Below are positions 44,801 through 59,873 of a stretch of 64,000 bases of DNA, piece after piece. Source of the stretch: the human T2T-CHM13v2.0 reference genome, Homo sapiens. The translations under genes and the position numbers were made by a program. Positions within the stretch are counted from its first letter, which is position 1. Every line of letters starts with the position of its first letter. Location: the NCBI RefSeq assembly GCF_009914755.1, contig NC_060926.1. One strand, 5' to 3'. The notes under the pieces were generated by a model. That model did no database searches, was not told the DNA's origin, and worked only from the letters and a program-made list of their open reading frames with translations.

Positions 44801-45762
44801 TACTTTAAAAAATAAGGTATTACATTTGGTATACAATTCAAAGTCCTCCCTGGGATTAGCACAAAGTTGGGCACAGTGTTTAAAGAAAGGATTATTTGAC
44901 ACAGGGCACAAGCAATTTTTGCAATGTAGCTTTGAGGTCCATTAAAGGAAGTAGAGGCAAAGCAAACCTGGGCCCCATATTTGCATCCTCCACTGTCAGA
45001 GGGAACAGAGCTGAAATTTGAGACTGACCACACATATGTAGTCTGAAGTTAACATGGTGAAACTGAAGCTATAGAATTCTACATAACTGTAAAGTAGAAA
45101 GGGGGTAAAGAGTGAGGGACACTGAGAAACATCTACTCAAAAATCAGTGATCCAATACTTTTTGCATCCCAAGCATCCAAGTTATTCTGTCTTTGGGACA
45201 AGGTGGTGACCCATAAAGTAGGAGCTATCTGTTTAGCCATAAATCAATTAAGACATTAAACATTTGGATGGAGAATCAGGCACATGCCATTAAGTATACG
45301 TTCTGTCGGTTACAAAGCAAATAGTATCCACAGCATCTCAAATAAAACTAAAGGAACAATAGGGGAAATCCGGAAAAAATCAATTGCGTGCCACGTGTAA
45401 TTGCTAATGCGGATAGTATGGCATGCAGCTGATAGTCTTTGGGTTGAGTTCATGGACTTTAGACTGCAACACTTCAAAATTATTTTCTCCATAAGCCTTT
45501 AAGTCCCTTCATAGTGAATTCTCTTCCCAGGAGTTGAAAACTTCACAGTTGGGAGGAAATACACATGCTCAAATACAATCCTGAAATGTACTGATGGTTG
45601 TTTCCAAAGCTACACAAAAATTCATTTCTGTTCATCAGAATTTTTTTTTTCTGATGGGCTTCGTTTTATGTTCATCTACAAATTTTATAGCAGTGAGAGA
45701 TTATATATGAGAAATTGTCATTCCTTGTTGGCTGAAACTGACTCATAAATTTCCGCTGCACA

Positions 45763-46090
45763 AGCCGGGTGTGGTGGCTCATGCCTATAATCCTTTGGGA
45801 GGCTGAGGTGGACAGATCTCTTGGGGTCAGGAGTTTGAGACCAGCCTAGCCAACATGGTGAAACCTCTACTAAAAACAGCATGGTGAAACCCCTACTAAA
45901 AACACAAAAATTAGCTGGGTGTGATGGCACATGCCTGTAATCCCAGCTACATGCCTGTAATCCCTGCTTTTCCTGGGGCAGGAGAATTGCTGGAACCTGG
46001 GAGGCAGAGGCTGCAGTGAGCTGAGATTGTGCCACTGTACTCCAGCCTGGGCCACAAAGCAAGACTCTGTCTACAAAAAAAAAAAAAAAA
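45763..46090 (+). mobile_element. AluS with two internal tandem duplications
   Basis: Alu dimer. TSD ataaa(t/g)ttcc(g/a)ctgcaca. Confidence 0.88.
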
Positions 46091-46288
46091 GAATAAAGTT
46101 CCACTGCACAGAGAGCTGACATGTTAAAAACCATGTTCCTACCATGGGTGACACACATTTAGGTTAACTTCAGCTGGCACTTGTAGAATGGACTACTGCT
46201 ATAGCTAGGACAGCTCTGTCCTTAAGAATCTCATAGAAGTAAGTAACTCCTCCTAGACACACTGAATGTACCTAACCAAAGAATTTCC

Positions 46289-46611
<323 letters not shown>

Positions 46612-47719
46612 CCCTGTCAACACAACAATATGGCAAATATTATGTTTGTAAAGTATTAGTACTGTGCTGAGACACAGTGAATGTTCAATACACATTATAT
46701 CTAGAGAGAGAGACAAGAACAGACAGATGCATGAAACAGAGATCAAAACCAACAGACATAAACTGTCCAAGACAGAGGCCATCTATGACGTATAATCATG
46801 TATTAGTAGATTATACTTGCAGAACTAAGGCAACCAAAAAAATAAAATCAATTCAGATTAGAAACTCCAATCTGAATACTAATTGGTTTAAAATGTAAAG
46901 CAATTCTATAAGCTATTAAGAGTTATTTGGGTTTTCCCCCTCTGAATATTTAAATAGCTAAGTCAGCTTTGACATGTAGGACCTACGTTGTGTTAACAGT
47001 GCTAGAGGTACTATATTTAAATAAGAAATGAAGTGAAAATCACATGTCAAGTAATTACTGCTGACTGAAAATATAAACTTGCTAAACTCTACAATGTTTA
47101 TTTAATCTCATGGAATGTTGTTATTAAGATTATAAATCGTGTGAAATAAATTAATAAATACCAAGTAGATTCCAACTCAAGTTGAGAAGTGTCAAGATTT
47201 ATTGGTCTTTCAGGTAAACAATGATTGAGAACCTAAAGTCAATATTTAGTCAAAATTTATCTTGAAAGGCAATAAATCTTGATTTTTGCTAAAGCACGTA
47301 AGTAAATATGTACACCATTTTAGAGAATCTGACTGCTTTCTATGAAATATCTACCCCAAAAGTTGTAAGTATAATGATCTGTAATACAGATTTTCACTTC
47401 CGAAGACATGACTTGAGTTGTTGAGTTACTTTTAATTTTTCTTAGGATAAGATGCTTCAATAGTGCTTTTATTGGTGTAAGATAAGTTTAATATTAATAA
47501 TAAAATCTTACAAATTCAGCTTCTAGTATATTGAAATCAGTCTAAACTTAGTATTTTTTTCATCCTGTTTTTTTCCTAACAGTCTATGACTAGACTTTCT
47601 CATTTACTTCTATGTTCTTTCCCCAAAGTCTTTCAAGAAAATGGTAAGCAATTTAAAAATAAAAATAAATAAATAAGAACTAAGCAAATGGATAAACACA
47701 TTATAAGCAAACACCTTAT

Positions 47720-47935
47720 GTAAGACAGGCTTACTATAAGCCAGGCACTGTCATAACTACTTTACATACACACAAACGAACATATGTAAATACATGTGTA
47801 TGTCTCTGTTCATTTAATCCTCATACCAATTCTATGAGGTAGGTATTATGCCCATTTTACAGAATAAGAAACTGAGGCAGAAGATGAAAAAGTAATTCTG
47901 TCCACTGTTGTACAGCTGCTTAAAAGGCAGAGCCT
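47720..47935 (-). mobile_element. MIR SINE
   Basis: catttaatcctcatac...tatgaggtaggtattatgcccattttacagaataagaaactgaggc. Confidence 0.8.
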
Positions 47936-48466
47936 AATAAAAGTGGCAATGTGGCATTTTCAGGTAGTTATCTCCTTTTGTAAGACATTAGAAAAACTGT
48001 CCCCTGCAGATGACAAAACAAGGACAAAAACTATGAATCAATTTACATAAAAGAACATAATTTAGCTCATCAATGAATATAGCCTGGGACATCACAGGCA
48101 TTAGCATCACCTCTGAAGATGAAGGGTGAGGGGAAGAAGAATACAAATCTATAAAGTAAACAGCAGAAGATAAGAGATGAGGAAAGGAGGAAGCAATCAC
48201 TATTGTGGAGATCGAGGAAGGCTGTGTCGACACAGGGGCATTTGAGCTGGGTCTTGAAGAAGAGAAGAGATTTTGGAAAAGGAACGTTCATTCATAAAGG
48301 CTCAAGTCAGAAAAATGGAAGCACCTTTGGAAACACTGGATATTCTAGTTGTCTGAGGCTCATTGTAAATAGAGGAGTATGAAGAAAAGAGCTTGGAATG
48401 ATAAAGTGAAGCTAGAACATAAGAATCCTGAGTGCTCAGAGTGAGAAGTCCTAATTAATAAGATAT

Positions 48467-49120
<654 letters not shown>

Positions 49121-49667
49121 GCAATGTACGCTTTGAAAAGATTAATTAGCAAGAAAAGCTGGAAGGGGAGGGAACTAGTTGATAAGTTACTGCACCAGTT
49201 TGACTTGATTAGGTGGTGGTCTTGGAAACAGGAAGAAAGAAAGAGAAGGAGATAGCATGGGGACAAAATGCAGATGATCTGGCAACTGACAGACGTTGGG
49301 GGCATGCAAAGGGACTGTTAAAGATGCTCATGATGTTTCAAGCCTGTGACTCATGTGAGAAATCCATCAATTAGAAGGAGCAGGTGGTTTGGGGGAGAAA
49401 ATGCTATTTGAAGCATTTAATCCAAAAAACATAGTTCAAAAAATTTGAGCTACCAGATCTACTGATGCTTAAAGCTCAGGTGATTAAGAATAATCCCCCT
49501 TATTGTAAAAATCAGTTTGAATTGTATATTCTGTTAGTTGCTACTGAAAGCATTTGATATACTTGATATCAAATGATGGTTGGTGAAGGTCCTATTTTTA
49601 TAACCTACTACTTTCACTTAAATTTACGTAAGATGCAGAGGTCTTAGATTATAAAACATTATGTGGT

Positions 49668-49969
49668 GGCTGGGCGCGGTGGCTCACGCCTGTAATCCCA
49701 GCACTTTGGGAGGCCGAGGCGGGTGGATCATTAGATCAGGAGTTCAAGACCAGCCTGGCCAACATGGCAAAACTTTGTCTCTACTAAAAATACTAAAAAT
49801 TAGTTGGGTGTGGTGGCAGGAGCCTGTAATCTCAGCTGTTTGGGAGGCTGAGGCAGGAGAATTGCTTGAACCCAGGAGACGGAGGTTGCAGTGAGCCAAG
49901 AATGTGCCATTGCACTCCAGCCTAGGTGACAGAGCGAGACTCTGTCTCAAAAAACAAAACAAAAAAAAA
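49668..49969 (+). mobile_element. AluS
   Basis: Full dimer. TSD tatgtggt. Confidence 0.9.
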
Positions 49970-50091
49970 GTATGTGGTATGAAATAATCAACATCTATTT
50001 CAGCAGAAGACATTAATTAATTTATAAAGAAGTGAGAAAAAGCTAGATGAAGAAAAGAAGACATCATTGTAGGCCTTGACCTTTGGTAGCA

Positions 50092-50303
50092 CAGCGATTC
50101 TCAACCAAGGGAGATTGTTGTCCCAACAGGGGATATTTGTAATGTCTGCAGACATTTTTGGTAGGATGGGTGGGTAAGCTACTGATATCTTAAGGATGAA
50201 GGCAAGGAACATTGCTAACCATCCTACAATGCACAAGACATCCCTCCACAACAAAGAGGTATCTGGCCTAATATGTCAATAACGCCACTGTTGGAAAAAC
50301 CCT
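50092..50303. mobile_element. MER20 hAT-Charlie DNA transposon
   Basis: cagcgattctcaacc...ggggatatttgtaatgtctgcagacattttt...catcctacaatgcacaagaca...aatatgtcaata...gaaaaaccct. Confidence 0.85.
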
Positions 50304-50748
50304 ATGACAACAGAAAGACAGGAGGGCAAAATAAGAGATGAATATGCTGATCTTACTTAATCACTTTTCTCTGCTAGCAATGGATATACCATCTATTACG
50401 GGAAGGAGGAAAAGCCCTTTCACCAGTTCTACTTTCTTACCTTAAAAAATTATTTATGCTGGTAGGTTAAATTAGTGTCATGAAAAAGAGGCACCATCAT
50501 CTACTAGACTACCTGCTAGTAACATCTGCTCCAAGCTTGGCTCTTTTCTTCACAAATTAATCTTGGTGAAACACTGCTCACCAAGAACTCTTACTTGAAA
50601 AACAAGTGCATAAACAGGGCTCAGCTGAGCTGATGATTTCAGACATGAAAGCTGGTAGTGGTGGATGGAAAGAATGCTTCTTGTCATAGTTGACCTCCCT
50701 CTTTCTCTATCAGTTCTATTTTCAACATGGGGCTACCAGGATTCTCTA

Positions 50749-51265
<517 letters not shown>

Positions 51266-51334
51266 TCAGGAATTCTAATCCTGTCTCTAGTTAAGCTTTT
51301 ATATTTTGTTCATCATGGACTTTTTACATTAATT

Positions 51335-51460
51335 TTGATTTTTAAAGAATATCATATTAACATATTTTTAAAATCTTTATTACAAAGGGTTTTTCAGCAC
51401 TTCCTTAAATTCTGTACCCAAAGCACATGCCTCTCTCACCTTACCCTAGTCCCAGTCCTG
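51335..51460. mobile_element. hAT-Tip100-like terminal fragment
   Basis: ccttaaattctgtaccca...tgcctctctcaccttaccctagtcccagtcctg resembles a Tip100-class end. Subfamily uncertain. Confidence 0.4.
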
Positions 51461-52496
51461 TTCTGAACACTTTTGCCTCACAGAGAATCCAATGTATGCT
51501 GCACTTAACATTTTCTACAGTGATTTCCCCTGGTATTTAGCATTATATTAAACCACTACTAACTCTCTTTTTGTGATTCCCCAGTTACATCTCTCTTTTA
51601 TGATTGCTTCAAAAGGCCAAGAACCTCCTATTGGCTTAGAGGTTCAGATTATTTTGGGGGGTTACCTGAAAAGCAACCTGTCTTTTCTTACTGTTTCTGG
51701 AACTAACATTTTCTCCCAGCTTGGATTTATTTAGAAGTCGCTTCTTACATCAGTCTCCTCCACTCTGTAGCTTCTATCACATACAGTGTCCTACCAGGGT
51801 CCCCTCTGACTTCTCTTTCATGCCACTCCCCATTCCTAATGCCTGCTTCTCTTTCCTCATATTTTAGGAGAGTCTCATCTCTTTGAACTTTACAGTATCC
51901 TGAAAACAAAACCTGTCCTCTCCTTTGCTAAAACCTCCTAAAAAACCCTGACAGCATTTCTTAGAGTAATTCTACTTGAGCCATTTTGGTAATGATAACA
52001 ATTTGATAAAATTAAAGTCATAAGAGTGGATCCGAGTAGTGCTAGGAACAGTCTCAAAGTGAAAAAGATTACTTTCATCAGCTTCCTTTAAATCCATGCT
52101 TGAATTTCTTCGTTTTCACCCCAACCAAATTATTTATGTTGTACAAGATTTAGGGACTGTCTTGGTGTATTTTCTCTTCCTTTATTCTTTTCCCTTTCAC
52201 CTTCTTTCCAGGCTTTTCTATCTTTTTAGAAGCACATGTTTGTGACTACCTCCAAAGCTAATCTTTTAACTATACATTTAGTATTTGCAATAAGCTATTT
52301 GTATCAGGTTATTTAGACTTACTAGGTAAGACACAAGTGGAAAACTCCTATTATCTGGAACTCCTGCTTCTGGGGAATTCCCTAGAGTGATATTCCTAGC
52401 TTCTCTCCCCATCCCTTATCCAGCCCTCCTCACAGATGGGGGAAATTAGGTATCTGACTGCTGAGTTAAGAAGAAGGACCCGGGCATGCTCAGCTT

Positions 52497-52695
52497 GGCC
52501 TTCAGGAAGCAGGTTTCTGTCTGCTATGATAAGAGGACATGATGGCCTTCAGGAAGCAGATTTCTGTCTGCTGTGGTAAGAGGACATCATGGCCTTCAGG
52601 AAGCAGGTTTCTGTCTGCTGTGATAAGAGGACATCACAGCCTTCAGGAAGCAGGTTTCTGTCTGCTGTGGTAAGAGGACATCATGCCCTTCAGGA
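52497..52695. repeat. Minisatellite, 47-bp unit, about 4.2 copies
   Basis: Units start at 52497, 52544, 52591, 52638 and 52685. Consensus ggccttcaggaagcaggtttctgtctgctgtg(a/g)taagaggacatcat. Confidence 0.95.
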
Positions 52696-54225
52696 CTCCA
52701 GCTGTGGCCAGGTGAGTAAGTCCATCTAATTTAGGGGTCCACTCTATAATAATAAATGTGATCTGGAAGCAATATATGTGATATTTTAATCCCCATCTTC
52801 CTGCCTCTTGGCATAAGAAAGAAGAGGTATTATTCATTTATTAACCCTGTAAAACTCCTGCAAGGATGGTGGCCCACACAGACAGCATCTAATAATGGGA
52901 GTGGAGAGGAAAGGGAAAGGCACTCAGATGCATGTTGGTGGGTGACATTATTGAGAGATGAAGATCACACAGGAGAGTCGGGCTAAAGGGGCTGCCTGGA
53001 AACCTTTAGCATTATCAGGAAACTTTTACTCAAGTTAAAACTCCCTAGCCTAACAATGGATGAGAAACATCATTTTCCCAAAGGTTTTCCATCCATTATG
53101 AGGCCATAAGACGACTTCTCTTTATCTAAGAGATCATTTGGGGAGCCTCCCTGTAGTTTCTGGGGGAAAAAATTGCAGTGATGTACTAATTACTGAATTA
53201 GGATATGTCACTTTTGGTTCAACTGATATTTTCTAACATTTGAATTGTACATAGTCAAGACAGTTTAATCTTCCCTCAAAATAGTGTTGAAGAGGCTGAC
53301 CCACAAGACTGTGAAAAGGCTGGCTCGGGGCCATATAATAAATCAGTGGCAGGACTATAAACAGAAGACCAAGCTCTTGTGCTCCTAATTTATTACTTAT
53401 CCCACTGAGTGTGGATGCCTCCCAGCCACCACATCATGTGTGTCTATTATTTTGTCTGGTCTGGGGCTCAAGAAAAACATCTTTATTGATGAAGATGGAG
53501 AAGGAGACCAAGACTCAAACTAAGTCAATCCTCTGTGTCAGAGGTACAAGTCTGCTGATTTAAAAGAGAAGCAATTTTCAGCAAAGTTTTTGGTTCAGCC
53601 CTACATGATTTACTTCCTTTATAGAAAAAATATGGGTAAGGCACAGTCCTTGGTACACTGATATATACCTAGTTAGAATGTGATTTTTCAATCTTTTGGA
53701 AATTGATACAAACCCATATGTCTTAGGTTTTAGAATCCTAGTTTCCTTCTGGAAGTGGTATATGGTAAGTACGACATTTTTTTTCAGTTAAAGGTAATAA
53801 ATAAAATCAATTCTGTGGTTGCTTTTATATCCATTTAAGAAAGAAACACCTTCTATTTTTAGCCAAGATTTAAGAAGGATATCTGGGTTAGATAGTGGAG
53901 ATCACAGAGTCACTGAGTGTGCTTGCCCATCGTCCCACCACTCTGAGTTGCGGCTCTGAGAGGGCTGCAGACAAGCTGAGCAGTCCAGAGCTGGTCAGTT
54001 TCTCGTCTGCTTGGTCCCAGAAGCACCCAAAAAGATATCACCAGAAATCTCCCTTCCCCAGGTGGATGCTGTCAGTGTTGGAAGTAGCTGACTGGAAATG
54101 AGGGAACAGGGCAAGTAGGCCAAAGCTTCCTCATTCTGTGGGGGGAAATTACACACATCATTCATCCTCCTTTCATCCAGGTTCCATTTTTGCTGTGGAA
54201 ATGTCCATTCAATGTCCTGGGCTAC

Positions 54226-54988
54226 TGTATAACAATTTGTCTAGTCTTTGTCCCTGATCTCTGGCAGGGAGCTTCTAAAACCCTTGGAATTTCCCCAAGT
54301 GATATGAATATCTTTGTTATTCACGAGCCCCTAAGATCACACCTGAGTTTATGCTAATGGTGAGTCATAGTGGGCCACTAAATAGCCTCAGAATGGGGGG
54401 TGGTCAACAGAAAGACCAACCACATGATTAGAGGGTTGGGACTTTGAGCCAGCCTGACCTCCAGGAAGGGGAAGGAGGCTGGATATTAAGTTCAGTTGCA
54501 TGGCCAATGATTCAATCCATCATACCTACATAATGAAGCCCCAGTAAAAACTCAGGACACTGAAGCTCAGAGGAGCTTCCTCATTGATGATCATAACAAT
54601 TTGATGGGAAGGTGATGCAGCCTGATTCCACAGACAGAGGGCACAGAAGTGCTGCATTTATGGCCCTCCCACACCTTACCTTCTAGTCTCTTCATTTGGC
54701 TGTTCCTGGTTTTTATCGTTTATAATAAAACTGCAATTGTATGTATAGCATTTTCCTGAGTTCTATGAGTTGTTCTAACAAATTATCAAACCTGAGGCGG
54801 GGTAGGAACCCTCAAATTTGTAGCCAGTCAGTCACTGTGCAGGTGGCCTGGGAACCCCCTGAACTTGCACTGGCATCTGAAGTGGGAGCAGTCTTGTAGA
54901 GGGCTGAGCCTTTAATTTGTGAGGTCTGTGCTAATTCCGGGTGGTCAGTGACAGAACTGTATTGCAGTATCTAATTGGAGTTGAAACA
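54226..54988. mobile_element. MER21-like solo LTR
   Basis: TG...CA ends. Contains gagcttctaaaacccttggaattt, cacacctgagtttatgctaatg and gattagagggttgggacttt, characteristic of MER21. Confidence 0.8.
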
Positions 54989-55369
54989 GATTATGTGCAA
55001 ATAAACCGTGCAAATAAACTGACAGTGCAGTGCCCAGAGCAGGGGATTGTACCTTATATCTGAGGAACCCAGTCCTGCAGAGAGGGTATTATGGTTAAGT
55101 AAGTTAGGAAATGTTGTATACTTTTCTCTCACATTAGTAGAATAAAGGCTCTAAGAGGTCCTATAGTCAAAAATTAAAAAAAAAAAAAAAAAGACGTGCC
55201 CGGAAACTTGCAAGATTATAATTGGTTTGCTAAATAGGGAACATGTTAACTGTATCTACAGATGACTCCAACCTTGGATTCCTAGAAAAGATGGTGAAAG
55301 TAGGAAACCTAATGGTGGGTGTTGGGATGGCAGTTCAAGCATTACAGTGGAGAGAATCTGATAGGTCCT

Positions 55370-55830
55370 AAGTCAGTGTGCCGGGATGGAGAGGGTGTTT
55401 TTGAGAAAGTAACATTTACGTTAGTGGCCTGAAGAATGAGCTGGGGGTCGTGCTGGGGATGGCAATACTCTGAGGAAGCAACTGCATATGCAAAGGCTCT
55501 AAGGTGGGTGAGCAGAAAGTGGTGCATCTGAGGAACAGAAGAAAGCCAGTGTGGCTGGAACAGTGTGTAAGGGAGAAAGTGGCAAGAAGGCCAGAGTTGA
55601 AACTGAGGAGGTGGGCAGGGTCATTAAGGATGCTGGTCTTCATTCCAAAAGAAGTGGGAAGACACTGAAGAATTGTAAAGAGAAGACTATCAGGGGTCAA
55701 TCTGAATTTTAATAAGATCACGCTTGCTGCAGTTGAGACAAGATTTAGAAAAAGTCAGAATGAAAGCAGGAAAACTGGTTAGAAGGTCACTATAGTCATC
55801 TTGGTGAAAGATGACCCAGCAGCAAATAAA
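55370..55830 (-). mobile_element. L2 fragment
   Basis: atgcaaaggctctaaggtgg...gaggaacagaagaaagccagtgtggctggaacag. Confidence 0.7.
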
Positions 55831-56180
55831 GTGAGGGAGGTAAAGGAGATCTCAAAACTCAAACACCAACTATGTTTACCAAGTATAAAATAAAAATTAG
55901 GCATGATATTAGGATGTATTAAAAAGGAAGCTGGAATGTAGGTAAAGAATTCGGGCTAACTCCTTCCTTTCTTTATACTAGCCACCAGGTAGACCCTGTT
56001 AGAACATCATTGACATTTCCAGAATGTAAAGAAAACATGGAAACCTGGAGATGTTTCAGCAGATTGATACCCCAATGGCTAACATATTGAACATATATAG
56101 AAGAAATAGTTAAAGGAAATGTGCCTATATAAACTAGAGAAAACTCAAGTATGGGTTGACTCATTCACTAAGAACATCCT

Positions 56181-56482
<302 letters not shown>

Positions 56483-56494
56483 CTATGGGCTAAA

Positions 56495-56662
56495 CCATTG
56501 TTTCTCAAACTTCGTATGCACTCAAATCAATAGGAAAGCTTGTTTAAAAATCCCAGAGATTCTGATTTCAACAGGTCTGGGGAAGGGTCCAGTCATCCCT
56601 ACCCAAATCATACTCATGATTCTAATGCAAATGATACTCAAATCACACTTTGAGAGATCCTG
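56495..56662. mobile_element. MER5A-like hAT-Charlie element
   Basis: tgtttctcaaactt...cccagagattctgatttcaacaggtctgggg...cacactttgagag. Confidence 0.75.
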
Positions 56663-58767
56663 GGGTAGACACACTGGTGCTGGGGCCCTGCCCTCACAAA
56701 AGTAAAACGCAAAGTCATAGGCCCATGACAGGATTCCATGAGAGTGGAGGGAGGGAGGCTGCAAAGGAGAAATGTTCGATTATATCTGGAGCATTAGAAT
56801 TAGGGGTGGAGGGGAAGGCGGTCAATAAAGTCTTGCAAAAAAAGTCTTTAGGGGTGTAAAAGATTTTTCACACCCAGAAGTCTTCAACAAAGTACAATGC
56901 AGAACCATAACGAACATGGTCAAACATCAGCTGTCCTCCTGATCTCACTGCTTTTCAGGCTTGCTCCATTTTTCACCTGAAAAAAGGGAGGGAGTTTCAC
57001 GCTCTTTGGGTTTTTATTACTGTAATTTAATTAAAACTTTTTTATGTTAACATATTTCAAGGTATAAAGATGGATAGCCATACATACAGGCATTTATCCT
57101 ACTGCAAAATTAACCTGTACTTTACCCCCACACCTCAATTTCTGGGACTGTGTGTGGTCCAAGTTTGCTGAATGTACAAATGATTAGATGAAAATATTAA
57201 TGCAAGAAATAAGTTGGTACTGCTATATTACTAGATTTCCTTACCTAGTGGATATATTTTAAAATGGCAAGTTTTTCACTTAAGTATGTTTCTGTCTTCA
57301 GGGAGTATAATAGATTTTAGAAACTCTCAAGTAGCTTTTATTCTTAGGTCCATGAAAAGCTTAGTTTTTCAAGGAACTTAGCTAGAAATTAAGGAGAATC
57401 TTAACCTGCCCAAGTTTATCTTAAAACTGTACCTACACCAGTTTCTCTCCCAGTGAAAGGTCAGTAAATAAAAACTTTGAAGTCAATGTGGAATCCAATG
57501 GTACATTAACACTCTCTTTAGAAGTTACGCCGGAAATGAACACATGATGAGAACAATGTTAACCAAAAAGGAAGCTACAAAAAGGGACAAGAACTTTCCA
57601 GACCAAAGTATAGCAACAAAGACTAGGAGAAATGAACGGCTTAAAAAAAAAAAAACGACAGCACAGCTATGGCCTATGAAGTTCAGGAAGGTCCATCAAA
57701 AGATCTATATCTTCTGAAATTCAAAATGATTTTATTCTTCTGAAACATATCAAAGACCAACATGTGACTTCTATGATGAGAATACCAGGAATAAATCAAA
57801 AAAGCAAATTTATATCCTATAAAATCAAAGGGCCTACTTATATAAAGTGATCAAATCTCTTTGAATTTTAGGATATGAAATAGTTTAAAACACAAATTAT
57901 ATAACATTCTTCTTCCATAGACTCGCATTACTGCTTTAGTATGTATTCATATTCTTCTTATACATTTATTTTTATTTAAAATTATTTCCTGGCCTAGAAA
58001 CTTAAGACTGCAAAAAGTAAAGTAATTTATTTAATGATAGACATCAGAGCCAGGAAAAGAATTTCCATGTCCTGTCTCCTTAGTCAATTGATATTTCTAC
58101 TAGTTTAAGTTCTCTTCCCCAAAGGAAAAACGTATTACTTATTAAATAAAGTTTAAATGAAGGACCACATTAATCTCATTTTCTCTAACCCTCTATAGAC
58201 ATTCAAAGGATCACAAAATGAGAGATAAAAGGAACCACACAGAGCAAAGTCAGTCCCTCTAAAATATGCCAGACAGAGGTGGAAGAGTTGGAAGGAAAGT
58301 CTAAGACCTTTGAGTTCAACTGTGTGTTATAATTACTTATTTATTTGTCTGGCTTCCAGTTTTCAAATTCTGTAAGGACACAAAATGAGACTGATTGCCT
58401 TGTTCACTCTGCAGAAAGCATAGTGCTTAGCACATAGTAAGGCTTCCATAAACATTTGCAGAAAGGCTGAATGAATAAATCTCTATCCTGCAGATGAGAA
58501 AATTCTAAATCAGACAAGTTAAATGACTTGTCTTAAGGTCAAAATTCCAGGCCTCTTGCCATTCTACTCATTTTCACCCATGGCCATCAAGTTTTCTTAA
58601 ATAAGAAAAAATACAATCCACTCTGCATATTTTTGTTACCTTGGCCCAACAGGATTACACATAGTAACCCTCTTTTCTCCTCTAAGTGACAGCCTTCAAA
58701 CATGAGGGGATAATACTTGTGTCTTCCCTATTCTAGGTTACATTGATTTGCATGCTACGGTTTTTAG

Positions 58768-59105
<338 letters not shown>

Positions 59106-59221
59106 TAGGATGTGTATTCTTAAAGAACAGCATACATAACTGAAGTTTCCAGATATGGTCTGGCCAGGGCAGAGTGCAGCAAGAATATTACCTCTTCTTT
59201 ATGGATCTGTTTTGTAAAAGC

Positions 59222-59545
59222 TTTCCTTTTCTTTCTTTTATTTTTATTTTTTTAGACAGGATCTCACTCTGTCACCCAGGCTGAAGTGCAGTGTCATGAT
59301 TATAGCTCACCGCAGCCTGGAACTCCTGGGCTCAAATAATCCTTTTACCTCAGTCTCCTGCACAGCTGGGACTACTACAGGCATCAGCCACCAGGCTGGG
59401 CTATTTTTTTTATTTTTTATTTTTTGGTGGAGACAGGGTCTTGCTATGTTGCTCAGGCTGGTCTCAAACTCCTGGCCTCAGGCAATCCTCCCACTTCAGC
59501 CTCCCAAAATGCTGAGATTATTGACATGAGCTACTGCACCAATCT
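59222..59545 (-). mobile_element. AluJ
   Basis: Reverse, diverged dimer. Confidence 0.88.
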
Positions 59546-59873
59546 TGTAAATGGTTTTCATGTAGCCATAGCAACACAAATGCTGGCTTCACGGCTGCCT
59601 CATTTGTATGCCCACATGGGCTGCTGTTAGCTCAGGTTTTCTCTACCTTCTATCTTTGTGGTTAATTTTCTGAATATAAATAGAGGACTATTTCTCCCTA
59701 CTAAATCTCATCTTGTTTGTTTTGATCCATCCTCTAGCTTAACGTTTCAGAATCTCAATTCTGTCATTCCGCATATTAGCTCTCCAAACTAGTTTTGTGA
59801 TAGCTGCAAATTTGATAAGTATGCCTATAGTATCTTTATCCAGGTAATTATAGTTGTAAGTGAGCAAATACCA

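Noticed and set aside
52497-52695. CRISPR-like array
   Set aside because: The units are head-to-tail with no unique spacers, in a human intron, so this is a minisatellite.
52709-52717. Perfect CAG|GTGAGT donor on the plus strand after the minisatellite
   Set aside because: It is antisense to PLEKHM3 with no paired acceptor or promoter evident. Isolated 9-mers occur by chance.
57544-57790. ATGATGA C-box-like words suggesting a C/D snoRNA
   Set aside because: They are antisense to the host transcript, with no terminal stem or suitably spaced D box.
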